Below are positions 35,457 to 37,824 of a stretch of DNA of 37,824 nt, piece by piece. Under the pieces are notes generated by a model that did no database searches, had not been told where the DNA came from, and was given only the letters and a program-made list of their open reading frames with translations. The stretch comes from an uncultured Gammaproteobacteria bacterium. Lineage in GTDB: Bacteria > Patescibacteriota > Patescibacteriia > 2-01-FULL-39-33. A program made the position numbers and the translations under genes. Position 1 is the first letter of the stretch; every line of letters begins with the position of its first letter. The stretch is taken from NCBI GenBank assembly GCA_964608895.1, contig CAZSPT010000001.1, forward strand, positions 16,626 to 54,449, given 5' to 3'.

Positions 35457-36705
35457 ATTTTAACTCCTGCCAAATTTCAGTCAGCCGATTGTATTTAGCG
35501 ACCCGTTCACCTCGGGAAAGCGAGCCGGCTTTAAGATAGTCGGCTCTGGCGGCCAACGCGAGATCAGCGATAAAATCATCCGAAGTCTCACCGCTCCGAT
35601 GGGAGACCGAAACTTTATAACGATTTTTTTGAGCGAGCTTGATACAGTCAACCGTTTCTGAAAGACTGCCGATTTGATTGAGTTTTATTAGGATGCCATT
35701 GGCAACTTTTTCTTTAATTCCCCGCTTTAGCCGAGCAGTGTTAGTGACAAAAAGATCATCGCCGATTAAAACGGTCCGACGGCCGAGTTGAGCGGTCAAC
35801 TCCCGCCAACCATCCCAATCATCTTCGGCCAAACCATCTTCAATTGACTCCAAAGGATATTTTTTCAACCAGCTGGCGAGCATTTTAATCATTTCCTTAA
35901 CAGTCCGATTTTTTTTGTCAGCCTTCATCTGATAGATCTCTTTTTTGAAAAATTCCGAAGCAGCAACGTCAACAGCGAATTTTACCTCGGCTCCCGGCCG
36001 ATAGCCGGCTTTCTTGACTGCCCGAGAAATCAACTTAAGCGCCTCAAGATTACCACCAAGCTTCGGGGCGTAGCCGCCCTCGTCGCCAACAGTAATTGAA
36101 TGGCCTTGTTTTTTTAAAATCTCCTTCAAAGTTTGGAAAACTTCAGCGCCAACCCGAACCGCTTCAATAATATTTTTTTGCTGGGGAACAATCATAAATT
36201 CCTGGATATCAATTGACCAGCCACTGTGGGCGCCGCCGTTCAAAATATTCATTGTCGGTTTGGGGAAAACCCAGCTCTTTTCTCCCGGCCAGAATTTTTT
36301 TCTAAGATAACGATAAAGCGGCTGGCCAGAGTCAAGAGCGGCCGCCCGAGCCAGAGCTAAAGAAACTCCAAGAATCGCGTTTGCCCCGATTTTTGATTTA
36401 TCAGGACTGCCGTCAAGCTTAATCATTAACTGGTCGGCTTCCCGTTGGCGATTAGGATGCCATCCTTTCAGCCGCGGGGCGATTTTTTTATTAATGTTTT
36501 TAACTGCCTGGAGAACGCCCCGGCCCCCGTAGCGGCGGCAGTCTCCGTCCCGAAGCTCATGAGCCTCGTGCCGACCGGTTGAAGAGCCGCTTGGAACAGC
36601 GGCCCAGACTTTTTTTTCATCTGATAAAAGCGCTTCAACCTCAACCGTGGGATTACCTCGTGAATCAAGAATTTCCCGAGCTGAAATTTTTTTGATTTTT
36701 GCCAT
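35455..36705 (-). CDS. eno: Enolase
   Basis: 416 aa (ISAREILDSRGNPTVEVE; VPSGSSTGRHEAHELRDGD; IKLNQIGSLSETVD; VSHRSGETSDDFIADLA). Confidence 0.95.
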   Translation of the reverse strand: MAKIKKISAREILDSRGNPTVEVEALLSDEKKVWAAVPSGSSTGRHEAHELRDGDCRRYGGRGVLQAVKNINKKIAPRLKGWHPNRQREADQLMIKLDGSPDKSKIGANAILGVSLALARAAALDSGQPLYRYLRKKFWPGEKSWVFPKPTMNILNGGAHSGWSIDIQEFMIVPQQKNIIEAVRVGAEVFQTLKEILKKQGHSITVGDEGGYAPKLGGNLEALKLISRAVKKAGYRPGAEVKFAVDVAASEFFKKEIYQMKADKKNRTVKEMIKMLASWLKKYPLESIEDGLAEDDWDGWRELTAQLGRRTVLIGDDLFVTNTARLKRGIKEKVANGILIKLNQIGSLSETVDCIKLAQKNRYKVSVSHRSGETSDDFIADLALAARADYLKAGSLSRGERVAKYNRLTEIWQELK

Positions 36706-36714
36706 ATTATTGGA

Positions 36715-37824
36715 TTATTTCTTAATTTTAATCGCCTCAAGACCGGGTAAAGACCGGCCTTCTAAAAATTTCAGCATCGCCCCGCCGCCGGTTGAAACAA
36801 AATTAAATTTTTTAAGCAGACCAAGCTCTTTAATTGAAGCAACTGTCTCCCCGCCTCCAACAATCGTTTCAGCCCGGCTGGCGGCGAGAATTTTTACCAG
36901 CGATTCGGTTCCGCCGGCAAAAACCGAATTTTCAACCAATCCCATCGGACCGTTCCAAACAACCATTTTAGCACCGTCAATGATTTTTTTGTAAAATTTG
37001 ACAGTATCTTCACCAATATCCAGAATCATCTCGTCTTTCCGTATATCCCCCAAGGCGTCCTTCCGACCCCTTTTTGCCTTAAAACTTTTAGCCATTAAAC
37101 CATCCAAAGGCACCCGGAGCTTATTGTCAGTTAGTTTTATTTTTCTGATTTCTTTAAACATTCCGGGCTCAACAACCGACTGGCCGATTCCAATGCCCAT
37201 TACTTTAAGAACTGAATTAGCCAAAGCACCGCCAAGCAACAACTGATCAGCTTTTTTTAAAAATTTTTTAATAACCATCATTTTGGTTGAAATTTTCGCT
37301 CCGCCGATAATCGCCACCAACGGCCGGGGCGGATTTTGAAAAACTTTTCCAAGATTGGCGATTTCTTCCTCAAGAAGAAATCCGGCAAAACTCGGCCGCA
37401 GAGCGGGAAGAGCGGCAATTGAGGCGTGCCGCCGATGGCAGACAGCAAAAGCGTCATTAATATAGAGATCGCCGAGCTGAGCGAGCCGCCGGGCGAATTC
37501 TTTGGAATTTTTCTCTTCGCCGGGATGGAACCGAAGATTTTCCAAAAAAAGAATTTCTCCGTTTTTCAATTCAGCCACTTTAGCTGAAACTTTCCGACCA
37601 ATCACTTGGTCGCTTTTATAGACTTCCCGGCGGAGTAGCTGGGCCAGCCGAATTGCAACCGGATCAAGCCGAAATTTTTCAACTGTTTTACCGCCGGGCC
37701 GGTTAAGATGACAAAGAATAATTATTTTAGCTCCTTTTTTTTGAAGATACTTGATCGTCGGCAAAACCCGGACAAGCCGGAAGTCTTCGGTCTGGTCCAC
37801 TTTCAAATCGTCACCGACCGGAAC
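36715..37824 (-). CDS. pgk: Phosphoglycerate kinase; the 5' end runs off the right edge
   Basis: The frame stays open upstream of the track's TTG start all the way to the window end (VPVGDDLKVDQTEDFRLVRVLPTIKYL...). PGK motifs are present: LCHLNRPGG; YINDAFAVCHRRHASI; IIGGAKISTK; FVSTGGGAMLKFLEG. Confidence 0.92.
   Translation of the reverse strand, partial: VPVGDDLKVDQTEDFRLVRVLPTIKYLQKKGAKIIILCHLNRPGGKTVEKFRLDPVAIRLAQLLRREVYKSDQVIGRKVSAKVAELKNGEILFLENLRFHPGEEKNSKEFARRLAQLGDLYINDAFAVCHRRHASIAALPALRPSFAGFLLEEEIANLGKVFQNPPRPLVAIIGGAKISTKMMVIKKFLKKADQLLLGGALANSVLKVMGIGIGQSVVEPGMFKEIRKIKLTDNKLRVPLDGLMAKSFKAKRGRKDALGDIRKDEMILDIGEDTVKFYKKIIDGAKMVVWNGPMGLVENSVFAGGTESLVKILAASRAETIVGGGETVASIKELGLLKKFNFVSTGGGAMLKFLEGRSLPGLEAIKIKK

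Overview
The window is a gene-dense, moderately AT-rich bacterial fragment. I call 32 protein genes, 30 of them on the minus strand, plus one RNase P RNA. Only gyrB, rnpB and one 41-codon gene are on the plus strand. No transposase, integrase, CRISPR array, tRNA or rRNA is visible. The content is dominated by cell-envelope functions interleaved with housekeeping genes. (1) Left locus (1..10243): a WbaP-type priming phosphoglycosyltransferase, a lipoprotein, three tandem GT4 glycosyltransferases, a 939-aa DUF4012 protein and a membrane-anchored DUF11/CARDB-repeat surface protein. That last gene runs off the left edge and is absent from the supplied ORF track. (2) rnpB, gyrB, greA and three small orphan genes. 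(3) A 16-gene co-directional array (32057 down to 14474, no gap above 49 nt). In order it is: processive GT2 synthase, GT2, GT2, DUF4012 paralogue, canonical MreB, GT4, holB, BNR-propeller lipoprotein, frr, rseP, orphan, proS, a second divergent MreB, mreC, mreD, mrdA. (4) A lower-glycolysis block: pgk (5' end off the right edge), eno, gpmI, gpmI. The most interesting signal is the pair of DUF4012-centred glycan loci. Neither has a recognisable Wzx, Wzy or ABC exporter, and one has an MreB embedded in it. The mreBCD-linked MreB has substitutions in nucleotide-hydrolysis motifs. Other notable points: an editing-domain-less ProRS carrying a CxxC..CxxC insert, tandem divergent iPGM genes, a self-contained 41-codon gene, and strong Shine-Dalgarno sites confined to orphan genes. 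Two orphans flanking gyrB also share an HSQTxMSW core. The streamlined layout and DUF4012 content fit a small-genome uncultivated lineage such as CPR/Patescibacteria, but that is inference only. Hand-counted coordinates for promoters, terminators and repeats may be off by 1-2 nt.
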